From Pavona decussata (lineage: Eukaryota), in NCBI GenBank assembly GCA_977016875.1, contig CDRNST010000096.1:124001-188000 (forward strand): 64,000 nt of DNA, in the 5' to 3' direction. Position numbers and translations under genes: made by a program. Shown here in pieces: positions 13,301-26,040 of this stretch. Every line of letters starts with the position of its first letter. The first letter of the stretch is position 1. The notes under the pieces were generated by a model. The model was not told the origin of the DNA, did no database searches, and saw nothing but the letters and a program-made list of their open reading frames with translations.

Positions 13301-13908
13301 GGCTCACAGACAGCGTGGCTTCCTTGTGAGGTGGAAGCTTTAGCTATCGCTGTTGCCACCAAGCACTTCAACCCTTACATCTTACAGTCTCTTCAGTAGG
13401 CCTGCATACTGACCGACAGCAAACCATGCATCCAGGCATACGAAAAACATTACCGAGGAGAGTTTCCGCGAGCCCCCACGTGTCTACATTCCTGTCTGAG
13501 AGCCAATACTGGGTCTCTGTACGACACGTATCCGGCTCTGCAATACTGCCTTCGCATTTCTCCAGTCATAATGCTGCCCCGTGTGAAGATGAAGCCTGCC
13601 AGGTCTGCGCATTTACGAAACTCACCCAAGAATCAGTTGTCAGACACATATCTACCCAAGACATACTTAGTGGCACCAAGCACCTCCCATTCACCAGCTG
13701 CACCACCTGGTTGACTACACGGGCCAAAAGCACTGATTTACGACGCACTCGTGCACACCTACAACAGGGAACGCCTCCTTCAAAAAAGCTGACGAACATG
13801 AGGGATGTTAAGAGGTACCTCAATGTGGCAACCATCGCGAAGGATGGCTTGCTTGTTGTTAACCGAGATGAGCCTCTCGCACCAACACGTGAATAGAGGG
13901 GCTCTTAA
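10341..13908 (+). pseudogene. gag-protease-RT-RNase H of the Troyka-like element, frameshifted
   Basis: gag [21 protein letters not shown]; protease ITIDSGAT (~11481); [26 protein letters not shown]; RNase H IVTDGA, CEVEALA, LTDSKP. A short (AAT)n insertion sits at ~11075-11130. Confidence 0.85.
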
Positions 13909-15348
13909 GAGCACCTTTTTTTCATGACCGAGTGAGTGGTGGCACAGGGTTCAAACATTGACTACCCTGATATTTTGCTCAGACATACTCTATGATAAGT
14001 TAATAAACGTGGTGTATTTCTTATGTTCAGATCTGCTTTTATTTTCCAGAAAATTACCAATACCTGTAACGGGCGCCGACCATCATAAAATGGCAGAAAT
14101 TAGTGCGCCGAGTAACAACACAAGAACTTCGCTGGTGAAAAGCGCAAAAGGACGCACGGTTTTTTTCAAATTGGTATATTTGTGTAAGAAACACTGGCAA
14201 ATGATTCAAGTCTAAAACCAGGATTGTTTACTTAAATGGGAATGCACGGCACGAGTTTGAAATCACCAATATTTCATTGTTTAAAAATCTCATTTTGGAG
14301 CAGTTTTTCAATAAACATTTTTCCCATGCAGTATAACTCAGAAGCACGTGAGATTACGGTTGTGATTAGTGGAAATGGTCTGCTTTTCAAGGATATAAAA
14401 ATTAGTCTGGGGCTTTTAACTTTGCACGAAAAAACACGCTCTATGTCGAGAAAATAACAAACTCCACTTGTCAACAGACACAAATAATCGAATTAGTCTC
14501 TGTTATCAAAGCCAATATTCCACGCAAATCTTAGTGCTTAGCACCTATTTGATTAGAAGGTCAACATTGCAAGTTTACCTTGCTAAAACAGTGGCTGTAG
14601 ATTGGTTTTCATTCCTACTTTCTCCTCAAAATTACCATCTTCCCTCTGACAGCGAGTTTGCGAAATCAACAACTATCTAAGCGATACCCGGGTGGCTCTT
14701 GTACAAACATTGGCGCTATTCTTGGCAGTTTCAAACACCCCATAGCTGCTATCTTTCTCTAAGTAAAACTGAGCTTGTTTCATCGTAAAAAAATTACCAT
14801 TGAGCGAGATTTCTGATTACTGAGCGACACTGTCGTTTTGACTTCTTCAATCCATGCATATCATTTGTATGTCACGCAATGGCATATCACACGCCTTACA
14901 AGGAAGACTTGCTTACCAATATTCCTTCAGGTGATACGAGAGTTTTGAGGATAAGGAAATAATTTTGGTTTGTTAAAAAAAGGCACTCTGTGATATAAAA
15001 TTCTTAAAACAAATGGACAGAAACGCCAAAAAAAACGAGAGAGGTTAAGGAGGAAAGACCCACCCACTGACAGACAAGCAGCCCAAACGATAGGAAGAAA
15101 AATAGAAAGAAAGAAAACGAACAAGCAAACAATGGAAGAAATGAAGGAAAGAAACAAATGTAAAATTTAGAAGAAGGAAAGTAGTAATAAAATAATGGGA
15201 AGGAAAAAGCGGGAGAACTCAACTCAAAAGAAAACCAAATTTGATAAGGTGAACCAATCCTAATGATATAATGACCATCACGTCATTCAAAATTTTTAAA
15301 CAAACAGATGATCGCGCAGCCATGTTGTCCTTCCAGATAACACATGAA

Positions 15349-15759
15349 ATGGATATCAATTGCTCTTTTCAGAGGTTAGCTGGGAGACAGTGCTCCCAAG
15401 ATAAACCAAGTCAAGCAAAAGAAAAATGTGCCCTTATCCTCCCGTTGCTTTCACGTGGAAAAAGCATCTCAGCACACACACAGTCTGTTGGCGTAAGTGA
15501 TGTTGAGTCGGAGATCGACTTAATTTTTGCACGGGCTTCAATTTTCACTGCACCTTGTGACATTTCAGGCATGACCATCTGTCCAGTTCATCCCTCCTCT
15601 TTGGGCATTGGGTGGTGGAGAGGTTCCCAACGATACCTAGCCATACCTTATCGAGCCACGCCAAAGGGAAATCGCGCAAGGCTGACCGTGGTATTAACAA
15701 GGCGCTTTCGAAGACTATCTAAGACGTACCAGAGCCAACAGGTACAAATTTTCCCGTAA
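15349..15759 (+). pseudogene. N-terminal remnant of a Sola3-type transposase
   Basis: CSFQRLAGRQC..PLLS..H..SEIDLIFARA..TICPVH..LGIGW Cys/His pattern; the same remnant is at ~51943-52270. Confidence 0.55.
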
Positions 15760-16029
15760 GGCAACGTAGTTTTGCTAATTCATGATAGGGGAAGGTCAAT
15801 ATGAAATTTAAAAGTTGTGTCTTATTTTAAAACTGAGCGAAAAGTCGTAAGTCGGAAAAAATTAACATATACTTGCAACAAGAAGCTCCCATTTTTAATA
15901 ACCAGCCTGTTTTTGGTGTGAGATAATTTAATTAACATGTTTATCACGAACTTAACTTTATTCTGTGAATGAAACCAACATGCTTATCTTCCTGGAAACC
16001 CAACTATAAACGCAACGCTTATGCTTTTT

Positions 16030-16079
16030 ATTATCGTCGTCATCATCATCATCATCATCAGCATCATTATTATTATTAC

Positions 16080-16127
<48 letters not shown>

Positions 16128-16440
16128 GGATACTATTTATAGCCGTAGCTACTAATCTGTGAAGAACTCCATTAAGTTCTTTCAAATAAACTGAACTCTG
16201 ACAGTTACACAATTTTGTAGTCTCATTATATTCCCTCAGAAGCCCTTCAGACTAACCTCTGGTACTGAGAGTGGTCATATCCAAGCTCATTACAGTGGTT
16301 ATTTTACATCTCCAAATTGGAGACGGGGCCGCCATAAAGATTTCAACGTGGCCATCCGAACCATTTGAGGGTCTAACCTTCTTCTCTGAAAATTCCTGAC
16401 CCTGAGTATGGGTGCGGTCGTGGTTCGAACCCTGCGGCGC
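16030..16440 (-). mobile_element. tRNA-derived SINE relic with a Deu/Nin-like core and (AAT)n tail, carried inside Sola3
   Basis: B-box GGTTCGAACC at ~16422, core TCGGATGGCCACGTTGAAAT..GGCCCCGTCT on the minus strand, microsatellite tail. Also present at ~52613-52972. Confidence 0.5.
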
Positions 16441-18039
16441 TTAATATTATTCTCATCATAATCATTTAGAAACCTTTTGTTATTTTATGTTCAGGAGCAC
16501 AGTTATCCTAATAGGTATCGTTGCTTTGGGTAGGAATATGCTGTGACTGTAAATTGCTATTAATCCGGATTCATCGGCCATATGGAACTGTGTAGCCCGC
16601 CTTGAATAGCTCAAGCTAAATGCGGGTAGTGTACATCTGAATAATGTAAAAGACGATTTTAATAAATGATTTATTTATTTGAGCGTAGCTTACATAACAC
16701 GCGAAAACTTTCTTATCGTAAAGAAGTAATTGCCAAAGCCTTAAAATGCGGTTCTTTCTCTTCTCTAGTCTCGTCGATAAAGCCAGGCAAGGCCAGGCTA
16801 TTAAGCTGGACATGGTGAGCCATTTGACACTAGTGGTAAAGTGCACGATGTACAAAGCATCTGCTTGTAAAAAATTTGTACTAAAAACTCCCATTCTAAA
16901 AGATAACAAGCTGGTAACAGATTTAGTACCATGTCAGCTAGGAGATTTTAAGCTTGAAGTGGGTAGATGCAGACAAACTGCCGTGGAAAAAATATAATCT
17001 GGTTGTTAGTTTTGTTGGGTGTCCTGCGCGCTCCGTCTCATTGTGTGACAAACATGATCGTCTCATTCTACAGACGATTCCTCTTAAGTGCATCTTCGGC
17101 CTGCAAAATTTCTTCTTCTGCGACTATAGATAATTGAATCATCGTTCTTAATCGTACAATTGAGTTACCATATTTGTTATAGCTGTGTGGAGACTCAAAT
17201 ATGGTTGAATCTGTCAGGAACTGTAATGTTTCATGCAGGAGTCATACGTATGGTTGTTGATTACTTGTGCTTTGGTAAACATGGTCGAAGGGAAGATAAC
17301 AATTTTGAAGGGAGAGTGGCGATAAAAAGCAGTCTACAGCCACAAGTTTTGCAAGGTAAACTGGTAATGTTGACTTTCAAATCAAATACGGTGCTAAGCA
17401 CTAAGATTTGCTTGGAATATTGGCTTCGATAACAGAGACTAATTCGATTATTTGTGTTTGTTGACAAGTGGAGTTTGTGATTTTTCTCGACATAGAGCGT
17501 GTTTTTTCCGTACAGAAGTCAAGAGCCCCCGACTAATTTTTATATCCTTGAAAAGAAGACCATTTCCACTAATCACAACCTTAATCTCAAGCGCTTCTGA
17601 GTTATACCGCATGGGAAAAATGTTTATTGAAAAACTGCTCCAAAATGAGATTTTTAAACAATGAAATATTGGTGATTTTCAAACTCGTGTCGTGCATTCC
17701 CATTTAAGTAAACAATCCTGGTTTTAGACTTGAATCATTTGCCAGTGTCTCTTACACAAATATACCAATTTGAAAAAACCCGTGCTTCCTTTTGCGCTTT
17801 GCACAAGCGAAGTTCTTGTGTTGTTACTCCACGCACTAATTTCCGCCATCTTACGACGGTTGGCGCCCATTACAGTTTTTGAGAATTTTCTTGAAAATAC
17901 AACCAGCTTTAAACAAAAAAAATATATTACGTTTGTTGGCTTATCATAGGGTATCTTTGAGCGAACTATGAAGATTTTGAATTTTTGAAGCATGTGCTAC
18001 ATTTTACTGATATCACGCGGTCTTCATGGACATTCTCTC

Positions 18040-19298
18040 TTAACCACTTTACACATCCAACTCGGCCACCCATCCAGTCATCAACTCAAAGCTGTAACCA
18101 AGCGCTACCTGTTTTCCCTGGACATGGACAAGGCCATTGACCGTGGGAATCAAGCTTGCCACCAATGTGCTTCCTGCGCCTAACCCCGCAAATGCGAGAG
18201 GAGAGTCATCTTCCTCTCTACCTGATGCCGTTGGCGTATCGCTCACCGCAGATGTATCAAGCGCTCGAGACAGCTCATACTAGTTTTCCGTGAGTGTGTG
18301 ACCTCCTTTACAGCCACAACCCTGCTGGAGGACGAACGACAGGAACACTCTACATGATGCCCTAATCCGCCTTTGTGTCCAAATGGATGCACTAGATGAA
18401 CCGTCAGTCATCATACGCACTGACCCTGCCTCAGGATTCAAAGCACTAACAGAAGACGTACTACTAAAACACCACAGAATCACCATAGAGATTGGAAAGG
18501 CCAAGAACCAGAACAAGAAGCCTGTAGCCAAGAGGGCAGTTCAAGAGGTTGAAAACGAGTTACTCTGACTCTACCCACTAGGCGGTCCTGTGTCTCCTGT
18601 GACCCTGTCAGTAGCGAAAGCCACCCTTAACGCATGCATCCGCTCACGTGGCCTTTCTGCTAGAGAGATGTGGACACAGCGAGATCAATTGTCAAACCAG
18701 CAGATACCGCTGCACAACTCAAACCTCATCGTTCAACAACACGAACAAGTATCGCCAACCACCATCACACTGAGAAGGCTAAGGCCCCCGTCACCAAGAA
18801 CCGCCTAGCTGAGCACATCACCATCGGTGACTTAGTCTACCTGTACCTTGATCGCAACAAGACTAGAGCACACAATCGCTACTTGGTCATAGAAGTCACC
18901 AGATCCTTCTGTAACATCAGAAAATTTGTCGGCTCTCTGCTTCGAAGCCTTCGTACCACGTGAAAACCTCAGATTTCTATCAAGTTCCATCCGAAGTAGC
19001 AGACTGCTGTCCGTCAGCAATCTACGATGATGCAGACTCATCATCCGATGAAGCCCCTCCAGCACAGCCAGGCCACTCTACACCTGTTGTACCAAATACA
19101 ATCTCGACACCTGCTACTCAAGAAGTTCCTGATGTCAACCTTGCTGCTGGTGGACATGGGCCCCGTGAGGACACCCTTCCTGATCCATTAATAGACTCCC
19201 CTGATAGTGACTCTGATACCAGTCCCCCGCCCTGCAGATCCACACGTTTGCGACGTCATCCAGCACGTTACACTCACTTTGCTCTAGACTCTAACTAA
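18040..19298 (+). pseudogene. Integrase and C-terminus of the Troyka-like pol
   Basis: HHCC motif HIQLGH..CHQC, then IRTDPASGF, KNQNKKPVAKRAVQE and IGDLVYL, with frameshifts. Confidence 0.8.
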
Positions 19299-19415
19299 CT
19301 TACCAAACACAGTAGCACACAGAACAATAATAGTTTTCATTAAAAGTTTTATATTCGTTCCCGTTTGTAATTAGCATGTAGCTCTAGGTTAGCTCGCTAC
19401 ACACTTGTAAGGCTC

Positions 19416-19435
19416 GAGGGGAGGAGAAAAGGAAG
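19416..19435 (+). promoter_or_regulatory. Polypurine tract
   Basis: GAGGGGAGGAGAAAAGGAAG, 3 nt before the 3' LTR. Confidence 0.85.
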
Positions 19436-19516
19436 TCACGCCAGTACTGGTCAGCGGTGCATTAGTTTGACAGGGGCAGTGGCGTCTCTTACTCAGCCCT
19501 TGTGTTCTTGTGTGTA

Positions 19517-20078
19517 CAGTTAACTCTCTCGTAAGCGACCACCCTTGGTGCACGACAAAGTGGTTGCTTACGGGAGGTGGTCGCTTACGGGAAAGATCAA
19601 CAAAATAAGCGTAATTTTACCTTAGCAGCTAAATTAGGCAAATAGAAACTAATTTATTTGATTTTTTCACATTTATTCATTCTTCTGATGAAACTTTGTA
19701 TAACATTTCGGAACAGATCTGTCCCGTTTACCTACAGATCTAGTTATAGCCATCTCCTCTGTCTGTAAACTGTTATTATCTGTCAGCATTCCGGAGTAGC
19801 GTCATTGAAAATTGAACTTTTGTCACTTCAAGTAATTATTTACTAACAATCATACGTGATTATGTTGGGTGGTCGCTTACCGGAAATAGAAAACAAAAGA
19901 ATATGTGTAATTTCTGGCCTAAAAAGTGGTCGCGGTCTCTTAAGAAATTGAGTGGTGGTCGCTTACAAGAGAGCTCTTGAAACAGTATTTAACTGAGAAA
20001 CAAAACGGTTGTTTAAGAAGTGGTCGCTTACGGGAGGTGGTCGCTTACGAGAAGTGGTCGCTATGAGAGAGTTGACTG
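19517..20078. mobile_element. Tc1/mariner (pogo/Tigger-like) MITE inside the 3' LTR
   Basis: TA|CAGTTAACTCTCTC...GAGAGAGTTGACTG|TA with repeated GGTCGCTTACG subterminal motifs. The 5' LTR shows the empty site gtgtgTAtcaac. Confidence 0.92.
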
Positions 20079-20547
20079 TATCAACTCTTTTTGTGATCGC
20101 TCAGGCTTATTAAAGGTTCCAGTTGTGTAACGAATCGTGTCATCGATTTACCTCCGCCCTATTCACTGGCAGGGGAACATAATGTAGCATCTTGTTGTCA
20201 TTTCTTCTAAAGTATATTCAGATGAAGCCAGACACGACTCAGAACTACTAAGGACAACTTGGTTAATCGATGAGTTCCAACAGTCTCAAAAGTGTGGCAA
20301 ACTACCATGCAGCTCTTTCTCACATTCTTAACGAGGGCCCTGAGCTAAAAGACTACCTAAGACATTTCCTTGCGATATTATCAGGGGACTTTCCAACTTA
20401 GAAATACAAAAAGAAGATTATTGCAGAGGTTTGTTGAATTGACAATAAGGGGGTTAAATATTTAAAAACCAAACCACCTATATATAGTAACAGGCCATTC
20501 TTTTACACATTGCATAAACATGAAGAGTTATCCTTTATAAATATTCG

Positions 20548-20613
20548 ATTATTATTATTATTATTATTATTGTTATGGTTATTATTATTATTATAGTTAT
20601 GGTTATGGTTATG

Positions 20614-20652
<39 letters not shown>
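20548..20652. repeat. (ATT)n/(ATGGTT)n microsatellite
   Basis: Direct inspection. Confidence 0.95.
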
Positions 20653-20699
20653 ATGCCAGATCAGAACCTTCTTCAGTTCCCTGGCAAGGCCCATTCCAT

Positions 20700-23600
20700 G
20701 TGTCACTGAATGCCGAGGAGTCAACAGTGTTGCTGTTCAGACCGGTTTTTAAAAAGCTTTACAGGAAGCTGCTTGGAAGAAACAAGGCAGTCATATCTAC
20801 TGGCTTTCCCATTTTCTTTTTTTTTTTTTTGTCTTCTTCCCTACCTCTCTCTTCTGCACACAAACGTTTTCTTTCAGCCGCTCCAAGCTCCGGTAAAATC
20901 TCCTCTAGACGTTCAGCATTTACAGTGACTGGCCAAATTAGAACTTCAGCTTCTTTGGCAAAAGTTAACAAGTGAGCGCTACACTCAGTCCACAAAGTCT
21001 CCTTTGTTTTGGACAATGACCACTTTCCTCCTTCTATCTTGGTTGCTGAAAGCACCTGGAGGCAAATAGAAAATTGAAGTGTTTCTTTTTTTTAGTTTGT
21101 TTTACCACTTGAATACCAGTACTTCAGACTTAGCTGACGTCTTACGCAACAGTCGCAAAACTAGACCGTACCTCACTCCAATGCATGGAACACAGAATGC
21201 CCCAATATCTTCAAGATAGAGCCCTGAATCTGTCTTATTTGGCGAGACAAGTTTCTTCACTCATTGATAGAAATCGTTTCTTGAAAATGCCATCCAGTGA
21301 GACATCCTAGATGCTGAAAGGTTCTATACTTTCCCTTGCTAAAGGGATAAAAATTCAGCAATGTGATAGTATTTGCCTTCGTATTCAACGTAATTTGGGC
21401 GCACCATCTGGTCAGTATGCAACAAGGAGCCTGCTTTGTATTGCGTTCTTCTTAACCACTTTGAAGGTGGCTCACCCTCAGATTGCTCTTCTCCTAGAAT
21501 AGTAGAATCTGCTGTTGTTGCAGTTACTTTATTGTTAAATAAGTCGTTAACACTGTCATGCATTTTACATACAAATGCATAGTTTTCCTGTTCAAGATCA
21601 GAGGCGAATTTAAGTCCAAGACATGATTCGTGAGACCAATTGTCGCACCCAGGATAATAATAACCCAACCAGTAACTTTTTGAAGGTGCCTTAAAGTTCT
21701 CATCCACATACTTGCATGTCCTCGATTCAAATAAATGACAGTAGCTAGGGTTGTCATCATCCTCGTCCTCTAGCAGTTCTGTTTGTGCAGCTATGGATGT
21801 TTGGGCAGATGCAGATGCAGATGCAATATCTTACAGAGCATATGGTGAACATTGGTTGTTTCCTTCGGCAGCGGAGCACAAATTGTCACTTTCTGCCTCT
21901 AGCAATGCGTGTACCAGTATAGAATCCAGTTCATCTGGCTCGACACCAATATCTGTTAAAGTGGATTCCATCCCAGGATTCAGATAAATTATTTAACCTT
22001 CCTTTTCTTTCCTAAGGATGTTTCCAGCAGTAAGCAACAGCAACATACTTAATTACTCAACTGTTTTAAGAACTTCCCTCTCGCCCTCTTGTAACCCGCT
22101 CAATATTTCTTATTCTGTTCTGTAGTCGTCGACCAAGACATCAGAGTTTGTTTGTTCTAAAACTGCCTCGTGAATGAACCTTTTCATGCTTTCATTATCA
22201 CTTTGTAGATGTCTGGAATCATCCTGATCATCATTTCCCCCGTGAACAGATTCCACTTCATTATCAACCATATGTAAGACTACATATGCCTTCCCAGGGT
22301 TAATCCCTTGTGTCTTGTGGTACAATGGACCAATGAAATCCACTCCAGTTGAAGAAAATGGATCAGTAAACTCTGCTCGAAATGACGGTAGAGCGGCCAT
22401 CGGTGGTGCAGACAATGCCCCTGCTCTGAACTTCTTGCAGTGATTGCAGCTCAACCTTAGCCTTCTAGTAATATGTCGCAGTTGTGGAATCCAAAACCTC
22501 TCTTGCACCTTGTTCATTGTGGACTGAGCTCACCCATGCAGATTCATCTGGTGGCAATGTTCCACGACCAACTCTGCCAATCTGTGCTTTCTTGCCAGGA
22601 ACATCGAGTGGTAGTCTGGGACTCGCCCATACCAACACCAGATCCCCACTGAGTCCTTCTTGATGGGAACTTTGGTTCTTTGCCTGTGTTAACTTGACCC
22701 ACCACTGCTCAGCTTGTTCAATCTCAAAAGGGTTAAGGGGGCTACGTGTTTGAGCCACCTTCCAGCAGTTGCCAATAAATCTTCTAATGAATGCTGTGAT
22801 CTTTAGAAGCTTCCAGTACTTGTGCTTCTGCATAAGTTCCTCGGTCCAAGTTTCTTGTGAGCTCTGATTTCCCTGTTTTTGGAGAACTGCAACATCCTTT
22901 TCCGGTAATGCTTTAGTTTGAGCTTCTGCTGTCTCCTTGACTTCTACATTCTCCGATGCTGGTCAGCCATTTAGGACCCTTCAGCCAAAACTGATCAATT
23001 CTCGCGGGAGGAACCCCCCTGGTTCCTAAGTCACTAGGATTCTCTGCTGTTGGGACGTCAGGCCACACAAGGATTCCAAGATCCCGTATCTTTGCCACTC
23101 TGTTCCCGACGTACTGTGACCATTTGCCCTTGTCTTCCAATCAGTAGAGTACAGTAGTGCTATCCACCCATGTGTGGGTCTCAACAAACGTGTTGGGGTC
23201 AAGTGCCTTAGTGGTATGATTCAGCAACTTGGCAAGAGTGAGGGCGGCAGTGAGTTCTAGGCGTGGAATCAACATGTTCTTAGAAGCAATTCTCGACTTG
23301 GAAACAAGAAGGTTTTGACTCACAGGCCCATCCAAGTACTTAGCAACAACGTGTCTGTCGACTTGTCCCACTGAGTGCGTAGTATTCTGGCCCTTTGATC
23401 CTCTCTCTGTGATCCCTTGTTCTCAGGTGTACTTTCAAGGCTGGGTACATTGCTATGCCACTGTATAGTGTGAACCCTCCTTTGTGCATGATCTGTGTTG
23501 CTTCCTCCTTAAACCGTGTGAGGGCTTCCACCTTGTTGCTCCCATATTGTATGTCGTCAACGTAAGTGTCATCCAGCAGCACCTTAGCTATGTCTGGAAA

Positions 23601-24148
23601 TTCTTCATGATGTGCCAATAAGTGTTTCTGGAGAGTCACACCAAAATGTAAGGGCTAGGTGCTGCACCAAAGATCACTCGTGTAAGGCTATACTCAACCA
23701 CCTTTCTCTCGTCCAAATTGTCAAACCAAAGTACTCTTTGGGCATCATGATCATCCAGGTTTTTGAGATTTCCTCCAGCTTCAAATTTGAAAATTCTAAC
23801 AACTGATCGTGTTTCAATGTTAGCGCCATTTTGATTTTCTTATCTGAGCCCACCAAACTTGTGTTTGCGAGGATTATAAACAACTCGCCTTGTGTTTTCC
23901 TACCGAAGTTAAAGTCTCAAAAACGACCTAGTAACGTGTGAATGTACCTTTTGTCAATGAATTATTAGAACTGTTCCCTTGTCGCTTGTTCTCAACCGAA
24001 AATTATCTACAATTATCCAAGAGTCGTCGCTTTCTGTGTTCTCGGGCGAAATCTCCAATTCGTGTCCTGGCAGGGTCGCAACTTTCAGTGTGGGGAACAT
24101 GTTAGAATAAGGCAGAAATTTCCCTGATGCACTGAAGAAATTCACCAT
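20700..24148 (-). pseudogene. Degenerate gene with a PHD-finger-like module, split by a BEL/Pao fragment
   Basis: Start MVNFFSASGKFLPY at 24148, acidic stretches, and CHLFESRTC..WLG..YPGCDNWSHESCLGL..FVCKMH at ~21570-21750; multiple stops. Confidence 0.4.
22272..23760 (-). pseudogene. BEL/Pao pol internal fragment (RT-RNase H-integrase start)
   Basis: RVIFGAAPSPY, DTYVDDI, SKSRIA..IPRLEL, WVDSTTVL, YVGNRV, ENPSDLGTRG, RFWIP..CNHC..GVDFIGP. No LTRs. Confidence 0.9.
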
Positions 24149-25049
24149 TTTCCAGTTTACTGTTTAACCTGTTTATTCCGTCTTCATGCCAACCAGCCAA
24201 TGCAAGAAAAACGCAGTGTTACAGTACAAAACCCAAAACCAAGTGCCTTTTAACGAGCACGTGTGTTCTAAAAACCTGAAAACCCTATTTCTAAATATGG
24301 TCATAAAATCTGACGCGTAATGCAAACTGGGGAGTTTACGACAAAAAACCTTTTCAATTTTTTGTCAAAATTATGAATGACATGCACTGGTAAATAAATT
24401 AACAATAATACAGTCACTCTTATACTTCCTTGTCAAATGACAAGTAGAAACCCCCCCCCCCCTCCCCCATCCTTGGAGAATAATTTTTTAGTGTAATTGC
24501 TCAGATGATTCTCACAGAAAATGCATTTATTTTCATTTTATTTGTTTCCTCTTAAAAGAACAACAAATCATGCCAAGGCCATTTTGAAAATGAGTGCTAC
24601 AGTATATTACTCACCCAGCACAGAGTGATTATAATAACATGACACAAACCTAAAACAACTGTCCAGAGTGCGTACACTTACATTCATTCATAAATGGAAT
24701 CACATATTTTGGTTAAAAGTAGAACAAAGAACAACCAAGTGTGATCTAACACACAATTAGCTATGTTAGGTTAGGTCGCATGCACCACCTGAAATGTATG
24801 AACATGTTCTCCAAGCCCTCTTTCTTTGACAATCTAGACAGAGGGGAGCCTTTCAAGGTATGTCAGTACAATTCGAGATGCTATTGTGTTTTCCCTCAAA
24901 ATCACTCATAGGCATTAATTGGGTTTGTTTGGAGACAAAGTGTCAACCGTAATAATGTATCAAAAAATTACTATTCCCTTTCCACTACTTTTGGGAATAT
25001 GTATTCATAATAAACTTGTTTTAAGCATGGAATGTTTACTGCCGAAGCG

Positions 25050-25420
25050 TCATCCCTTTCTATTTTCACAAAAGCTACATCTTTTGAAGTCCATACGACA
25101 AAAAACAAAAGAAGACCACCGTCTCAAAAGAAGGAAAGGCTGTCATTCTACGAACAAACAGAAACCTTTTTGCTAGATTAGTCTTAATTGGCCAAAGCAG
25201 GCAAATGGATCTCAGACAGTTGCTAGTCCATGAGCTGGGCCCCCTTCCATGGTTGCTGGCACTGTTTGATGGCGCACTAGTGAAAACCAAGAAAGCAGCT
25301 CTACCTAAACGTCTAGAAGATGGGATAGAGAATCTTCAACACTTGCCAACTCAAACAACGGCAGTGATCATCGACGTAATGGTGATGATTCAACCGTTGG
25401 GCAAGACACCAGAGATTCTT
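25050..25420 (+). pseudogene. Academ-like polyprotein fragment
   Basis: LFARLVLIGQSRQMDLRQLLVHELGPLPWLLALFDGALVKTKKA..AVIIDVM motif leading into the XPG/PIN-like region. Confidence 0.55.
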
Positions 25421-26040
25421 TACCGGATAATATTAGAAAGTCTGACAGCAGAAAATTATTCAAAAAACAAATAAATGAAATACTAATCAATATTTAAAAA
25501 ATAAATTGCTCAACTTACACCTTCTTCAATTCTTGAAATAACGAAAAGCTTCTAAGTTTGTAACAATCCTGTAATTTCTAACAATATAGCTTACGAATCC
25601 TTTTTGTCCTATATATTTACTTATTTGTTTACTACTTATTAAAGTTTTATTTCAGCTGCTGCTGTTGCTTTGTTAATTATGTCAATTTGTATATGTTACA
25701 GGTCAAAATTAACTTTAGGTACTTTTTTTTAACCTAGGCAAATTTTATATTAACCTAGGTTATTTTTTTTTTAACCTAGGTAATTTTTTCCTATCAACTG
25801 TCTAAAAAAGGGCTTTCCCTTTTTTGGGGGTGTAGTAAAAAAATAGGGGCATGGTATTTTTGGGGGGTTCTGAAAAAGAATAAAAAAAAATTGTATTCTC
25901 CTGCCTTCCTATCTCCCACATCCTACCCCGGTACCTACCCCGGACGTTCTCAGTAACCACCCCCCCTGGGCACATGTGACCATACCACCCCCACATTCAA
26001 ATATCAAGTAGAATTAATATTCCTTTTTTTTTTTAAACGC

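Larger units (their letters stand above)
13909..18039 (+). mobile_element. Non-autonomous Sola3-type transposon, copy 1
   Basis: TTAA|GAG...CTC|TTAA with ~680-bp TIRs. Removing it restores pol EGLLTTLHIQLGHP. Internal transposase N-terminal remnant. Near-identical to 50497-54864. Confidence 0.85.
10016..20171 (+). mobile_element. Troyka-like LTR retrotransposon with CG..CG termini, degenerate and interrupted by Sola3 and a MITE
   Basis: Paired LTRs at 10016-10186 and 19439-20171 begin CGCCAGT and end ACTGGCG (3' copy ACTGGCA). PBS, polypurine tract and gag-PR-RT-RH-IN order are all present. Confidence 0.85.

Noticed and set aside
13958-14680. Recurrent small ORFs shared with 17160-17993, 50546-51270 and 53986-54827
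   Set aside because: They recur only because they lie in Sola3 TIR copies; the frames are not conserved.
15958-16212. Poly-Asn/Asp ORFs (also 20503-20724)
   Set aside because: These are translations of microsatellites.
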